The notes beneath the pieces are model-generated. The model saw only the letters and a program-made list of their open reading frames with translations, searched no databases and was not told the DNA's origin. A stretch of DNA of 64,000 bases from a virus: positions 1 through 64,000 of the IMG/VR virus record IMGVR_UViG_3300035703_000053, one strand, 5' to 3'. Shown here piece after piece: positions 19,331 through 28,562 of this stretch. The translations under genes were made by a program, and so were the position numbers. The stretch's first letter is position 1, and each line of letters opens with the position of its first letter.

Positions 19331-19663
19331 TTACTTGACCTTGATTTCAAGGCGAGGAAGATTGCTTGAAATAAAGTTCCAGCCTGCTTGCGCTGCTGTT
19401 ACCAAACCACAGGAAAGGAGAAGAATCAAAACAAGTTCAGCAACCGTCAAGTTGCGTCGCACATAAATAATCTGAGGTTGCTGCTGGGGTACTTGCTGTT
19501 GAATAGCAGCTTGTTGGGCCATGGTTTGCTGAATTGCAAGTTCACGAGCCCTTGCCTTCATCTCTTCCAGTTGCTCAGGTGTGACTCGGTTTGTAAAGGG
19601 ATTTACACCAGTGGCTTCTGGTATTTGCACAGGCATTTGGCTTGCGGGTACTTGGTCTTCCAT
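19331..19663 (-). CDS. Hypothetical membrane protein
   Basis: Q-rich coil followed by a hydrophobic helix. Confidence 0.6.
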   Translation of the reverse strand: MEDQVPASQMPVQIPEATGVNPFTNRVTPEQLEEMKARARELAIQQTMAQQAAIQQQVPQQQPQIIYVRRNLTVAELVLILLLSCGLVTAAQAGWNFISSNLPRLEIKVK

Positions 19664-19716
19664 GGATAGACAAATTAGTTACACAAAGGTTAGCATCTAA
19701 CAAAACGTATTGCAAA

Positions 19717-20139
19717 ATGAAAACAGGAATAGTTAAGGCGCTGGAAGACGTCGCCTGGGAATTAAAAGGGATCAAGAATGTCCTTTCGTCTTTGTGGGAA
19801 TTTCGTTACAAAAACGGAGAAACAAACTTGTTGCACCCCGAAGCGTTTGCCGATGAGTATATCTCAATTGAGGAATGTGGTAAACGGTTAAATGTGTCCG
19901 AGCAAACTATTAGAAATTGGATTGCAATTGGCAAAAAAAATCCAGCTAAAGGCTGGAAGGAAGGTGTTCACTATGTCAATGTCGCCCCAGAGGAAGCGCG
20001 AAAAGTCGGAGTGCGTGTCCCTTGGAACCAATTGGTTCGTTCCTTCTCCCAAAACGAGAAAGTTACCAATGTTGACTTCCTGAATGGTGCAGCTTACGTT
20101 CCCAGACACAACCGACTTGACAATGGCTCACCGTTTTAA
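19717..20139 (+). CDS. HTH (MerR/excisionase-like) DNA-binding protein
   Basis: ISIEECGKRLNVSEQTIRNWI helix-turn-helix. Confidence 0.7.
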   Translation: MKTGIVKALEDVAWELKGIKNVLSSLWEFRYKNGETNLLHPEAFADEYISIEECGKRLNVSEQTIRNWIAIGKKNPAKGWKEGVHYVNVAPEEARKVGVRVPWNQLVRSFSQNEKVTNVDFLNGAAYVPRHNRLDNGSPF

Positions 20140-20575
20140 AAACATTGAAGTTCATCAAGTAACTCTTGATAACTACAGGGAAACATTAACAACATCTCTT
20201 GCGGATCAAGTTGAAATGTTTCTGCCTCCGGAGGGCTCGTTTGATGATGGTTGCCTGCAACGGTACTTAGAAAATGTCTTTAATTACGAACAGGAAGACG
20301 CAAACTCGAGCATGACGCTTGCAAATCGACTTCGGTTTGCGTTTCAAGACATGCAGCCGGACACAATTTGCGGCAAGTTTCCTTCTGCTGAACTTCCTTT
20401 GAAAAGGCGACTGAGGTGTGTTGCCGAATATCTTATTCGCTCAGGTGAATTTGATAAGCTGCGCGACGAAAAAGGACGACTCGTAAAAAAACGAGGTATT
20501 CTCGGTAAAATGGTGGTAATTTATACACCACTACCAAAGCTCATGGAATCTTTAATTCGTCAAGGATTGGTTTAA
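20123..20575 (+). CDS. Hypothetical protein
   Basis: ORF in plus-strand operon. Confidence 0.6.
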   Translation: MAHRFKNIEVHQVTLDNYRETLTTSLADQVEMFLPPEGSFDDGCLQRYLENVFNYEQEDANSSMTLANRLRFAFQDMQPDTICGKFPSAELPLKRRLRCVAEYLIRSGEFDKLRDEKGRLVKKRGILGKMVVIYTPLPKLMESLIRQGLV

Positions 20576-20577
20576 CA

Positions 20578-20967
20578 ATGAATAGGCGCGAAAAATTGCT
20601 AGCTTCAGCTATTGGTCCAGAGTTAAATGAGACCAAAGCCATGATGCTTGATGCCACCATAAAACTAGTTCTTGGTGACATGGGGCAACATTATGTCAAA
20701 ATGTGGCAGGCAGAGGGACCTGGAATTATGGTTTTTCAGCCGGACAGAAAGGACCGTTCAATGTTTTTTATGACCCTAAAAGAACTTCATGCTGCACAAG
20801 AAAGTTGTGAAAAAGAAAATAATGGAGACATGGCAGAATCTTTTAGGCGTATTTTATCAGCGGCACAAAAAATTAACCCAATGGAAAAAGCTGGGTATGT
20901 AATCAACGATTCAGAAGGAATTCGGTATATTGAAATTGATTACAACCAAGAGACTGACAAAAAATGA
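20578..20967 (+). CDS. Hypothetical protein
   Basis: 129-aa ORF in operon. Confidence 0.6.
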   Translation: MNRREKLLASAIGPELNETKAMMLDATIKLVLGDMGQHYVKMWQAEGPGIMVFQPDRKDRSMFFMTLKELHAAQESCEKENNGDMAESFRRILSAAQKINPMEKAGYVINDSEGIRYIEIDYNQETDKK

Positions 20968-21551
20968 GCCTGAAGGGTGCCAGGGTCAAGCGCGAAGATG
21001 TTGAGTGGATTAGCAATGCGGATCTTGTAGCTTGTGCTCATGAGTTAATGGGTGGAATTGACCTAGACCCTGCAAGCTCTAACCTTGCAAACGAGTATGT
21101 CCAAGCTGAAAAATACTACACGCCAACAGACGATGGTTTAAATTCTCAGCAGTGGCATGGAAAGGTTTATCTGTTTCCACCCTCCGGCGCTTACTTCTGG
21201 GACAAAAAGCAAGGGCGATGGAAGATGACAAGGACTTCTGCAATTTCCTTAACATCTTCACATGCAGTGTGGTTCCGCCGTTTGTACCACGCCTGGTTGA
21301 CGCGTGAAATCAAAGAGGCACTTTATTTTACCAACTGTCCCGACATGATTCGTTATGATCAACGAATCTTTGATTTTCCTGTGTGTATCTTCAGGACAAC
21401 ACCAATGCTGGTACGCAGGACCAAAGACGAGGTGTCTTCTTATAAGACTTGCACGTCTATTGCTGTATACATGCAACCCCATGAAAACCCAAGTGAGGCA
21501 ACGGAAAAATTTGTTGAGATTTACTCGCCTAGGGGTCGGATCCTCTATTGA
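20964..21551 (+). CDS. Phage N6-adenine DNA methyltransferase-like protein (motif IV altered)
   Basis: GGIDLDPASS..AN....AEKYYT..DDGL..QWHGKVYLFPPS; FPPS in place of NPPY. Confidence 0.7.
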   Translation: MSLKGARVKREDVEWISNADLVACAHELMGGIDLDPASSNLANEYVQAEKYYTPTDDGLNSQQWHGKVYLFPPSGAYFWDKKQGRWKMTRTSAISLTSSHAVWFRRLYHAWLTREIKEALYFTNCPDMIRYDQRIFDFPVCIFRTTPMLVRRTKDEVSSYKTCTSIAVYMQPHENPSEATEKFVEIYSPRGRILY

Positions 21552-21584
21552 ATTGCGTATACTAAAAAACGAATTGGAATCAGC

Positions 21585-22172
21585 ATGAGCATCCTTGCCG
21601 ATTGGGAGATCAAAAAGCTTGCCGAAGAAGAAGGTATGATTGATCCGTTCGTGGATCATCAAGTCAAACGAGAAGATGGCAAGCGACTTCTTAGCTATGG
21701 ACTCAGCTCATACGGCTATGACATCAGGTTGTCTCCAAAGCAATGCCTTATTTTTGGCAAGGTGCAGGCTGGTGATTGCGACCCAAAAGACTTTGATCCC
21801 GATATTCTCAAGCCAGCGGAATTACAAGAAGATTCAAAAGGAAAATACTTCGTGCTTCCTCCGTACGGTTATTGCCTAGGCGTTGCAATGGAGCACATTA
21901 AACTTCCTCCAGACGTCACTGTTGTTGCTGTGGGTAAATCTACGTATGCCCGATCGGGAATACTGGTAAATATCACCCCAGCGGAGGCGATGTGGCAAGG
22001 ACATCTCACCCTTGAAATCAGTAACTGCACAGGGCTCTTTAACAGGGTTTATGCCAATGAGGGTATTACGCAGCTCTTGTTTTATCGCGGTGAACCCTGC
22101 AAGGTTACCTATCAAGATAGGAAGGGCAAGTACCAGGACCAGCCTTACGAAGTTGTTTATAGCAAAGTGTAA
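21585..22172 (+). CDS. dcd: dCTP deaminase
   Basis: SYGLSSYGYDIRL, GKSTYARSG, EAMWQGHLTLEISN and YQDRKGKYQ. Confidence 0.95.
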   Translation: MSILADWEIKKLAEEEGMIDPFVDHQVKREDGKRLLSYGLSSYGYDIRLSPKQCLIFGKVQAGDCDPKDFDPDILKPAELQEDSKGKYFVLPPYGYCLGVAMEHIKLPPDVTVVAVGKSTYARSGILVNITPAEAMWQGHLTLEISNCTGLFNRVYANEGITQLLFYRGEPCKVTYQDRKGKYQDQPYEVVYSKV

Positions 22173-22384
22173 TGAAAGCTGAATTGCCTGACATTGCCGA
22201 AAGACTCGATATTGTCGAGTTAATTTTTAATCTTGTTATCAAACAGGAAAGTGAAGAGTTTTCAATTGTGCTTGATCAGTTCAAAGTAGAAAATGTGCAG
22301 TGGGTTTTGACTCAACTTTCCGATCCCATCGAACAACTTTTTGATTCTCTTGAACTGGAATACGAAAAGGCTGTAGATTATTAA
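22172..22384 (+). CDS. Hypothetical acidic protein
   Basis: TAATG-coupled to dcd. Confidence 0.5.
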   Translation: MKAELPDIAERLDIVELIFNLVIKQESEEFSIVLDQFKVENVQWVLTQLSDPIEQLFDSLELEYEKAVDY

Positions 22385-22752
22385 AAACTACGTCCAAATG
22401 ACGGTAGTGGTTTCCTGGCATAGCCTGTGCTTCCCACCTGTCCGTATGTATCCCCAAGGCTAGGCAACTCGGTTCCATCGATGTTTGCCTGACGCCTTGG
22501 GGTTTTGCCACGAATTTGTGGCTCATCTATCGCAGCTTTTTGCCTGAACTTTCCTGCGGTTTTGGCTGCCCTGAAATATTTCTCTACACGCCCCTGTTTG
22601 TCATTAACAGACTCTGCGGACGACCTGTCCCCTGGAGCAACACGGCGTAAATCAGTGTCATACGCTTGCTCGGGACGCAAGTCTGATACCTCAGCTCCAG
22701 AGGTACCCGAGAGTTGCCGTGGATCGTAGAGCGGGTTAAATAAATCAGCCAT
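22381..22752 (-). CDS. Hypothetical protein
   Basis: MADLFNPLYDPRQ... ORF. Confidence 0.55.
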   Translation of the reverse strand: MADLFNPLYDPRQLSGTSGAEVSDLRPEQAYDTDLRRVAPGDRSSAESVNDKQGRVEKYFRAAKTAGKFRQKAAIDEPQIRGKTPRRQANIDGTELPSLGDTYGQVGSTGYARKPLPSFGRSF

Positions 22753-22792
22753 GATAATATTGTAATAGGAATAAATCAAGACAATAAGTATC

Positions 22793-23134
22793 ATGCACGG
22801 CGCTGCAGGATTCCTTGATAGCTTTGTTCAAGACGAACTTAAGTGTCGTTGTTTAACTGAAGAGACTTTTGGTCAGCCTATTGACAATGCTGAAAATGAC
22901 GTGCCACTATACGACCAGTACAACCGTGGTTTAGTTGCATGTCAGCAAGGTTTGGAGAGGAACCCATTAAATCTCGAGGGGCAACGTCCCGGAACGACGG
23001 GCTATATTCCGACAATGGAGCAGGGTCTTCAGATGGGAGCCTCGCCAAAACCCAAAGCCCTGATGCTGGAGCTGGAGGGGCCGAGCGAGGAAATGCTGGA
23101 AGAATCCCGCAAACGTCGTGGTTTACTGCGATAG
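22793..23134 (+). CDS. Hypothetical protein
   Basis: 113-aa ORF. Confidence 0.55.
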   Translation: MHGAAGFLDSFVQDELKCRCLTEETFGQPIDNAENDVPLYDQYNRGLVACQQGLERNPLNLEGQRPGTTGYIPTMEQGLQMGASPKPKALMLELEGPSEEMLEESRKRRGLLR

Positions 23135-23430
23135 AAGAAGACACTGAATGCCCTGGTGGAGTATGCCCAGTACCCTGGGCCACACAAGAAACTTCTCCTG
23201 TGGTCCAAGAGGATGTAGTCAATCATCCCTCGCATTACACAGAGGGTGGTATTGAATGTATTGACGCCATTGAAGCGGCATTAACCAACGAAGAGTTCCG
23301 TGGTTACTGCAAAGGTAATTGCATCAAATATATTTGGAGAGAACGCCACAAAAACGGTACCGAATCACTGAAAAAAGCTCAGTGGTACTTGGATCGCCTT
23401 ATTGTTCTTGACGAAAGTCAGAACGGCTGA
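22939..23430 (+). CDS. DUF3310 family protein (T7 gp1.7 nucleotide-kinase-like); start uncertain
   Basis: DVVNHPSHYTEGGIECIDAI...GYCKGNCIKYIWR..HKNG.E.LKKAQWYL. Confidence 0.8.
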   Translation: MSARFGEEPIKSRGATSRNDGLYSDNGAGSSDGSLAKTQSPDAGAGGAERGNAGRIPQTSWFTAIEEDTECPGGVCPVPWATQETSPVVQEDVVNHPSHYTEGGIECIDAIEAALTNEEFRGYCKGNCIKYIWRERHKNGTESLKKAQWYLDRLIVLDESQNG

Positions 23431-23726
23431 CACTCTTCTTCATCTTCACCATCGTCCTCGTCGTCGTATACGCATGCGGCGGCGAGTTCTTCTAGTTCAA
23501 TATCAGTGGGAATATCAAAATCAAGCTCAATATTCTCTGATGCCATAATCTCTTTAACTGCGTGCCACTCCATCAGGCGTTGGTGATACAAGTTCAAAAG
23601 TGCTGCGTACAACTGCTCCCAAGTCATTTCTTGGGCATGCAACTCTGCTTTGCGCATGGAGAATTGAAGCTCCAAAGGAAGCTCAAACTCCCGTGGTTCA
23701 ACTGAACGCTCCATGCCGCTTTGCAT
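23418..23726 (-). CDS. nblA: NblA-like phycobilisome degradation protein with acidic tail
   Basis: LPLELQFSMRKAELHAQEMTWEQLYAALLNLYHQRLM aligns by eye to NblA (LSLEQQF..R.....V..MS.EQ....L..LY.Q.M). Confidence 0.65.
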   Translation of the reverse strand: MQSGMERSVEPREFELPLELQFSMRKAELHAQEMTWEQLYAALLNLYHQRLMEWHAVKEIMASENIELDFDIPTDIELEELAAACVYDDEDDGEDEEECQPF

Positions 23727-23750
23727 GTTTGTAATGCAACTATTCTAATT

Positions 23751-24425
23751 CTACCTGTCAAAGACAGCATTAAAGTCGTTTTCTGGGTACTCTTCTGGCG
23801 GGTATTCCTCCCACCAATTTTCAGCCACTTTGAAGTCATTAGCAAACCGAGAAAGCACATAAGGGTTGATGCGCTCTTCCAAGTTTTTAATTGCTTGTAT
23901 TTCGTAGGGTGCTCCAGCATAGATGCGGAATGCTGTGAGCAAAATCTCAGACGAAGGTGGCATCAGCTCTCCGGAGTCCTGGAGCAACAAGCTGATTTCT
24001 TCTCTGCGCCTGTCAAGAAGGTTCCCGATGACGTTATGGTCTACATCAAAAACCCACCGCGACATCTCTGCCGTAATTTCTGGCAGGTCGTCGGTTTCCA
24101 GGTTATCAACAATACTGCTGTAGAAAAAAGACTCCCATCCAATTGAATGGATAAACGAAATCAACGCCTGCCGTACTGAGTGCGTCAACACAATATTCAA
24201 TTTTGTTAGCTGCGTATCAATTACGTCAACTTCGTGAAACAAATATTCCAACGCTTTTTCTTTACTGCAAAGTTGACCACGCTTTACAGGTGAACCATCG
24301 GGATAGAACTGTGTTCCGTAACCAATGGTGTACGGCTCTCCACCTGTAAACGGATCAGGATAAGCCTTCTCGTTGAACCCCGAATACTTACAAATTAAAT
24401 TAATTGAATCAGTGTAATCAGTCAT
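23751..24425 (-). CDS. GH24 lysozyme-like protein (catalytic Glu replaced)
   Basis: LICKYSGFNEKAYPDP..GGEPYTIGYGT, ALISFIHSIG, RWV and LLDRRREE. Confidence 0.8.
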   Translation of the reverse strand: MTDYTDSINLICKYSGFNEKAYPDPFTGGEPYTIGYGTQFYPDGSPVKRGQLCSKEKALEYLFHEVDVIDTQLTKLNIVLTHSVRQALISFIHSIGWESFFYSSIVDNLETDDLPEITAEMSRWVFDVDHNVIGNLLDRRREEISLLLQDSGELMPPSSEILLTAFRIYAGAPYEIQAIKNLEERINPYVLSRFANDFKVAENWWEEYPPEEYPENDFNAVFDR

Positions 24426-24459
24426 AGGGGGCAACAAGCGTTACCCCCAATATACACAA

Positions 24460-24588
24460 TTATTTTTTACCTTGTCCTCGATAAGCTTTTCTGCCTTTGC
24501 GGCGAGGGCGACTATTAATGCCGTGGCCAATAGAAGTTGTCTTGGGCTTGGACTCAACGTGAACAGAAGTTGACTTTGGTTTTGCCAT
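24460..24588 (-). CDS. Small basic cyanophage protein (42 aa, YRGQG motif)
   Basis: MAKPKSTSVHVESKPKTTSIGHGINSRPRRKGRKAYRGQGKK*. Confidence 0.7.
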   Translation of the reverse strand: MAKPKSTSVHVESKPKTTSIGHGINSRPRRKGRKAYRGQGKK

Positions 24589-24593
24589 GGTTT

Positions 24594-24881
24594 CTACCAG
24601 GTCGCGTTACAGCTCCACCACCCCGGAGTAAGTTTGTTTTTCTTATCCGAGCAGTTGTGGCGGGCCTTAAAGTTAGCACGGCGCTTCTCGTCGTGGTGTT
24701 GTGTGTAGTCTTCGTAACCCCTGGCACCAAAGCGCACAATCGCCTCCTTGCCGTTGTCACAAGCCTTGACCACGTACTTGTGCTTATCCCCAGCAGGGGC
24801 ACGCTGTGGCTTATTACAGGCCATCTTATCTTTTTGATACCGCTTAGAAGCAGCAGCGGCTTTTCTATGTTTTTCAGCCAT
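24594..24881 (-). CDS. Basic viral protein (DUF5754-like)
   Basis: IVRFGARGYEDYTQHHDEKRRANFKARHNC...PGWWS. Confidence 0.65.
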   Translation of the reverse strand: MAEKHRKAAAASKRYQKDKMACNKPQRAPAGDKHKYVVKACDNGKEAIVRFGARGYEDYTQHHDEKRRANFKARHNCSDKKNKLTPGWWSCNATW

Positions 24882-27580
24882 TAAAGTCCTTTAAACATTG
24901 AGGTAAATTCACCAAGAATTTGTTGTCCAGTTTTAGATTTGTAATCCTGGTCTTCCTCGTTCTCTGTATCAAGTTTAAAATAACTATCCAAACCTGTAGT
25001 TGATTCTTTTTTACTGGAAGTTGTACTGTCTTCTTCAGTATCAAAGAAACTTTCAATAGTACCAAGGGAGGCGAAGGGGTCACTGAAGTCAAGCTTGTTC
25101 AACTTTAGCGCTTCATTCGATCCTGACTTAGTAAGCACAGCCTGCTCTGAACGATCTAAATCAGGGAAGAAGTTATTGTAAAACTCATCCTCTGATCCCT
25201 GAAATCCAGCAGATTGAAACACTTTATACAACTCGGTCTCTGGCTTTGCAGCTTCATCTTTATAGTCTTCTGCTCGCTCAATGTAAGTTAAGCCAAGCTT
25301 CTCTTGTGTTGGTCTTTGTTTTTTCTCATTGAGATATTTAATCTCTTCCCTGATTTTTTGAGCGGATCCCGTACGCAATGTCTCAGCTACGTACTCTTTC
25401 AATTCATCAACTGTGCCTTTAAAATCGGTAATGCCATAACGCTTAAGTATCTCATTCCAACTGTCCTTGTCGTTGGGATTCAGGCCTTTAAGAAGTTCGT
25501 CTGCAAACTCCTCTGGCTTAATAAATTGACCGAAGATCGTGCCCTGCTTCAAGGCTTCTTCTTTAAGTGCGGGAAGAATTTTTGTATAGATTTCATTCTG
25601 TACTTTGCTTGCATTTAAGATATCATCAGCTGCGTCATACCCCTTCCCTTGACCTTTCACCTGGAAGTGCATGCGGGCAAACTCTTCTTTGTTGTTTAGA
25701 TCAACACCAAACCTGTATGCCTGCTGAGTCCAATACCCATCGCCTTTCTTGGCTGCTTCCCAGTCTTCGGAGACGGTCTTAGCCTGGTCCAAATACGCAC
25801 TCTCTCGTGCCTTATCCCCGGTGGGGTTAAAGTAAAACTCAGAATCAAAATAACGATCACCTGTATTCTTCAATTGATCAAGATATTGTTTAGCCCTTAG
25901 TTCAGCGACAAGAGTCGCTGCATTAACCATGTCTTGTGTTTGGAAGGGGTTTTGTTCTTTCTGTCGCACATCAAGGTAGTCAACAAATTCATCCATCGAG
26001 CGAGACGTGTTAAAACGAGGAATTAAATAAGTGTCAATAAAGTTGCGTGCAAATTCTCCATCAATTTGCACCATCTGCTGAGCTTCTCCATCCGAGTAAC
26101 CAAGCTCAATAGCCTCATCATATTTATCTTTTAGTTTTGTATCAAACCATTGCTGCCAGTTATACGTTGCATTATTGTTTATACCAGTGATTCCTTTTAA
26201 ACTTTTCTCCAGGGATTCCTCAGCTTTTCCTCCTGACGTGAAGGAAAGCATGCCGCCTACCCCCGTGTCTCCAAGGATTGAGTTGGTTAGTTCTTTGTTG
26301 ATATTTGAAATTTCTGCGAAGCTATCAAATCCATTCAGCAGGCCAAGCATCTCTTCTTTCTGCTTTGCCTTCTTCATTTCGGCAATGGTATCCTTTAAAA
26401 CGTTCTGAGCTAATGCACCGAAACGTTTTACATCAACAGTAGCCTTCTCACCAACAGCTTGATTGATTGCATCTTCTAGTTCAGTGACGCCATACCCAGC
26501 GTTGATGTTGTACTTAAGACTTACCTGCTTGTCCTCTGGTCGATCAGACAACCTAAACAACGCAGCAAATTCATCTTTTTTGTCAGGGTTTAAAAACTTT
26601 TCTTTGGCTAATTTGCTCCAGTATGGATCTCCGTTTTTAGCTTTTTCCCACTCAGCAGCAATCTCTGGAACATTAATGAGACGATCAGTTTGTGTTGTGG
26701 AATCAACACCTAGTTGTAGATTTCGTACGTCCTGAAGGTCTCGATCAGTGGGAGCGCTTTCTTTATAAAGCTTGGCCGCAGCTGTTTCTTCGGTTGGATT
26801 TCCGCGTTTACCAGCGGGCTTGCCTTGTGTTGTGTAGTGTTGAAGATAATAACCGTTTTCACCGTATCGCTCTGTTATATCAATGTCATCATTTGCTACA
26901 GCATTTTTCCATGCTTCAGCAACTTCTGGATTTTGTTCTTTGTAATATTTAGGGTCAAAATTTCCATATTGAGGCTTTGACCCTAACGCAACGTCCCAGC
27001 CTTGAAGCTTTTCTGTTCTATAAAACGTTTTGTAATATTCCTCTAGTGTTTTCTTTGTGTCTTCCTCGATATCTAGTTTTCTAATTTGATCACGCATTTG
27101 AACGTAATCGCCACCCTTGGTCACACCAGCAACAGAAACGACTGTGTTATATGCGTTGTTATTTTTACTAGCTTTTGCGTTATACTCTGTACCTTTTTGA
27201 TTTAATTGTTCATTGTATTTGTTTGTTTCGCGTGTATCTTCTTGGGCCTGTTTTAGTGCATTTTCAGCTTCCCATGGATCGGGATTTGGTATGCCAGCGG
27301 CAATTAAAGAGTTGATGATATCCCAGTAGCTGTCATTAATGTCAACAGTGGCTGTACGTTTGTTTGTGACTAGTTGCCATTCATACTCTGGCTCGGCATA
27401 TGGGCTGTATACGGGTTCTCCATTCTCCCAATCTGTTTTTGGTGGTAACTGAACACGAACCCAGTCGCCAACATCCCGAGTTATAGATACGGTTTGAGCA
27501 ACTGGACGATCAGTTTTGTGATCAGTTTTTTCGTATTCTACTTTCCATTTTTTTGTAACAGGATCATATTCGATTCCCAT
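24881..27580 (-). CDS. Large putative virion protein (899 aa)
   Basis: Long ORF in the structural module; internal FDPKYY..NPEV..W...HY...G repeats. Confidence 0.7.
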   Translation of the reverse strand: MGIEYDPVTKKWKVEYEKTDHKTDRPVAQTVSITRDVGDWVRVQLPPKTDWENGEPVYSPYAEPEYEWQLVTNKRTATVDINDSYWDIINSLIAAGIPNPDPWEAENALKQAQEDTRETNKYNEQLNQKGTEYNAKASKNNNAYNTVVSVAGVTKGGDYVQMRDQIRKLDIEEDTKKTLEEYYKTFYRTEKLQGWDVALGSKPQYGNFDPKYYKEQNPEVAEAWKNAVANDDIDITERYGENGYYLQHYTTQGKPAGKRGNPTEETAAAKLYKESAPTDRDLQDVRNLQLGVDSTTQTDRLINVPEIAAEWEKAKNGDPYWSKLAKEKFLNPDKKDEFAALFRLSDRPEDKQVSLKYNINAGYGVTELEDAINQAVGEKATVDVKRFGALAQNVLKDTIAEMKKAKQKEEMLGLLNGFDSFAEISNINKELTNSILGDTGVGGMLSFTSGGKAEESLEKSLKGITGINNNATYNWQQWFDTKLKDKYDEAIELGYSDGEAQQMVQIDGEFARNFIDTYLIPRFNTSRSMDEFVDYLDVRQKEQNPFQTQDMVNAATLVAELRAKQYLDQLKNTGDRYFDSEFYFNPTGDKARESAYLDQAKTVSEDWEAAKKGDGYWTQQAYRFGVDLNNKEEFARMHFQVKGQGKGYDAADDILNASKVQNEIYTKILPALKEEALKQGTIFGQFIKPEEFADELLKGLNPNDKDSWNEILKRYGITDFKGTVDELKEYVAETLRTGSAQKIREEIKYLNEKKQRPTQEKLGLTYIERAEDYKDEAAKPETELYKVFQSAGFQGSEDEFYNNFFPDLDRSEQAVLTKSGSNEALKLNKLDFSDPFASLGTIESFFDTEEDSTTSSKKESTTGLDSYFKLDTENEEDQDYKSKTGQQILGEFTSMFKGL

Positions 27581-27581
27581 G

Positions 27582-27944
27582 TTAAACAGCCACCGATAAG
27601 GTATCTACTTGATAAACAAAAACATCAATAGGTTCTTGTTTGATCCAAGAGTTGATTCTATCCATCTTAGCTTGCGTAAAGAATTCTTGTTTTTCAAACC
27701 ACTCTTGTACTTTGCTGCTCGCTTTGGATGCATTACACTTGCGACAAGCTGGAACAAGATTGTTTCTGTTACTGGAACCAGATCTAAAGCGGGGGATGAC
27801 GTGGTCTAAGGATGTTGCCTGTTCGTCGCAATAAGCACATTTAGAGCCCCAGGCATCGTATATAGATTGGCGATATCTTTTCTTGGCTAGTTTAGGAGTT
27901 AGTTCAATGAGCAGGGCGAGAGGTTCTTGCTCGCTGTTGAACAT
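27582..27944 (-). CDS. HNH endonuclease
   Basis: CAYC....SLDHVIP...G....NNLVPACRKCN..K. Confidence 0.9.
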   Translation of the reverse strand: MFNSEQEPLALLIELTPKLAKKRYRQSIYDAWGSKCAYCDEQATSLDHVIPRFRSGSSNRNNLVPACRKCNASKASSKVQEWFEKQEFFTQAKMDRINSWIKQEPIDVFVYQVDTLSVAV

Positions 27945-28026
27945 ACTATTAGCAGCCGTTAACTAATTTTAAGTCCGCCTTACATTGACCAGAATAAATA
28001 AAGAGATAAAATTTTGCTTAAACCTC

Positions 28027-28054
28027 TTGACAGGCTCTTGCAGTCCTGTAGGTT
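28027..28054 (+). promoter_or_regulatory. Possible sigma70-type promoter for the HTH gene
   Basis: TTGACA-16 nt-TAGGTT, 25 nt upstream of ATG 28080. Confidence 0.35.
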
Positions 28055-28079
28055 ATGTGTGTACACGACTTCTCTAGTC

Positions 28080-28298
28080 ATGGCCAATCACCCTGGGTGG
28101 GTCTCCGTTCAACAAGCGGAAGAACTCCTTGGTATCGACCGCAAGCTTCTCTTCAAGTACCGCGACAATGGTACCCTGAAACTGGGTCCGCATTATGCAG
28201 CCTTCCCTGAGACCCGTTCACGTGATAGCTATCGCTGGAACGTAAGCGCCGTACGCAAACAACTGCAGAAGATGAACGCTTGTGAAATGGCGTCCTGA
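28080..28298 (+). CDS. HTH DNA-binding protein (excisionase-like)
   Basis: WVSVQQAEELLGIDRKLLFKYRDNGTLKLGPHY. Confidence 0.7.
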   Translation: MANHPGWVSVQQAEELLGIDRKLLFKYRDNGTLKLGPHYAAFPETRSRDSYRWNVSAVRKQLQKMNACEMAS

Positions 28299-28317
28299 GG
28301 CTGCTCACAGATGACAC

Positions 28318-28341
28318 AAGACCCCTTCGGGGGTCTTTTTT
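28318..28341 (+). terminator. Intrinsic terminator (possibly bidirectional)
   Basis: AAGACCCC-TTCG-GGGGTCTT followed by TTTT, between convergent genes. Confidence 0.85.
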
Positions 28342-28561
28342 ATGCTGGGCCGATGCCGCTGGCATAGGCTGCCCACGCATTACCTAGGGCTTGCATCGTT
28401 GAGGTTTCCCCTGTTTCGTATGGAAGATTTACTACGTCCCCTGGAGAATACAAAGTAGGACTTCCGCTGTAGTAAACTTCACTAAAACCAAATTTACTTG
28501 CCGCAAGTTGTTCTGCGGATAATACATAACGCGTTTCAACAACTTCACCAAAGTCAGCCAT
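28340..28561 (-). CDS. Hypothetical structural protein
   Basis: MADFGEVVETRY... ORF at the end of the structural operon. Confidence 0.55.
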   Translation of the reverse strand: MADFGEVVETRYVLSAEQLAASKFGFSEVYYSGSPTLYSPGDVVNLPYETGETSTMQALGNAWAAYASGIGPA

Positions 28562-28562
28562 G

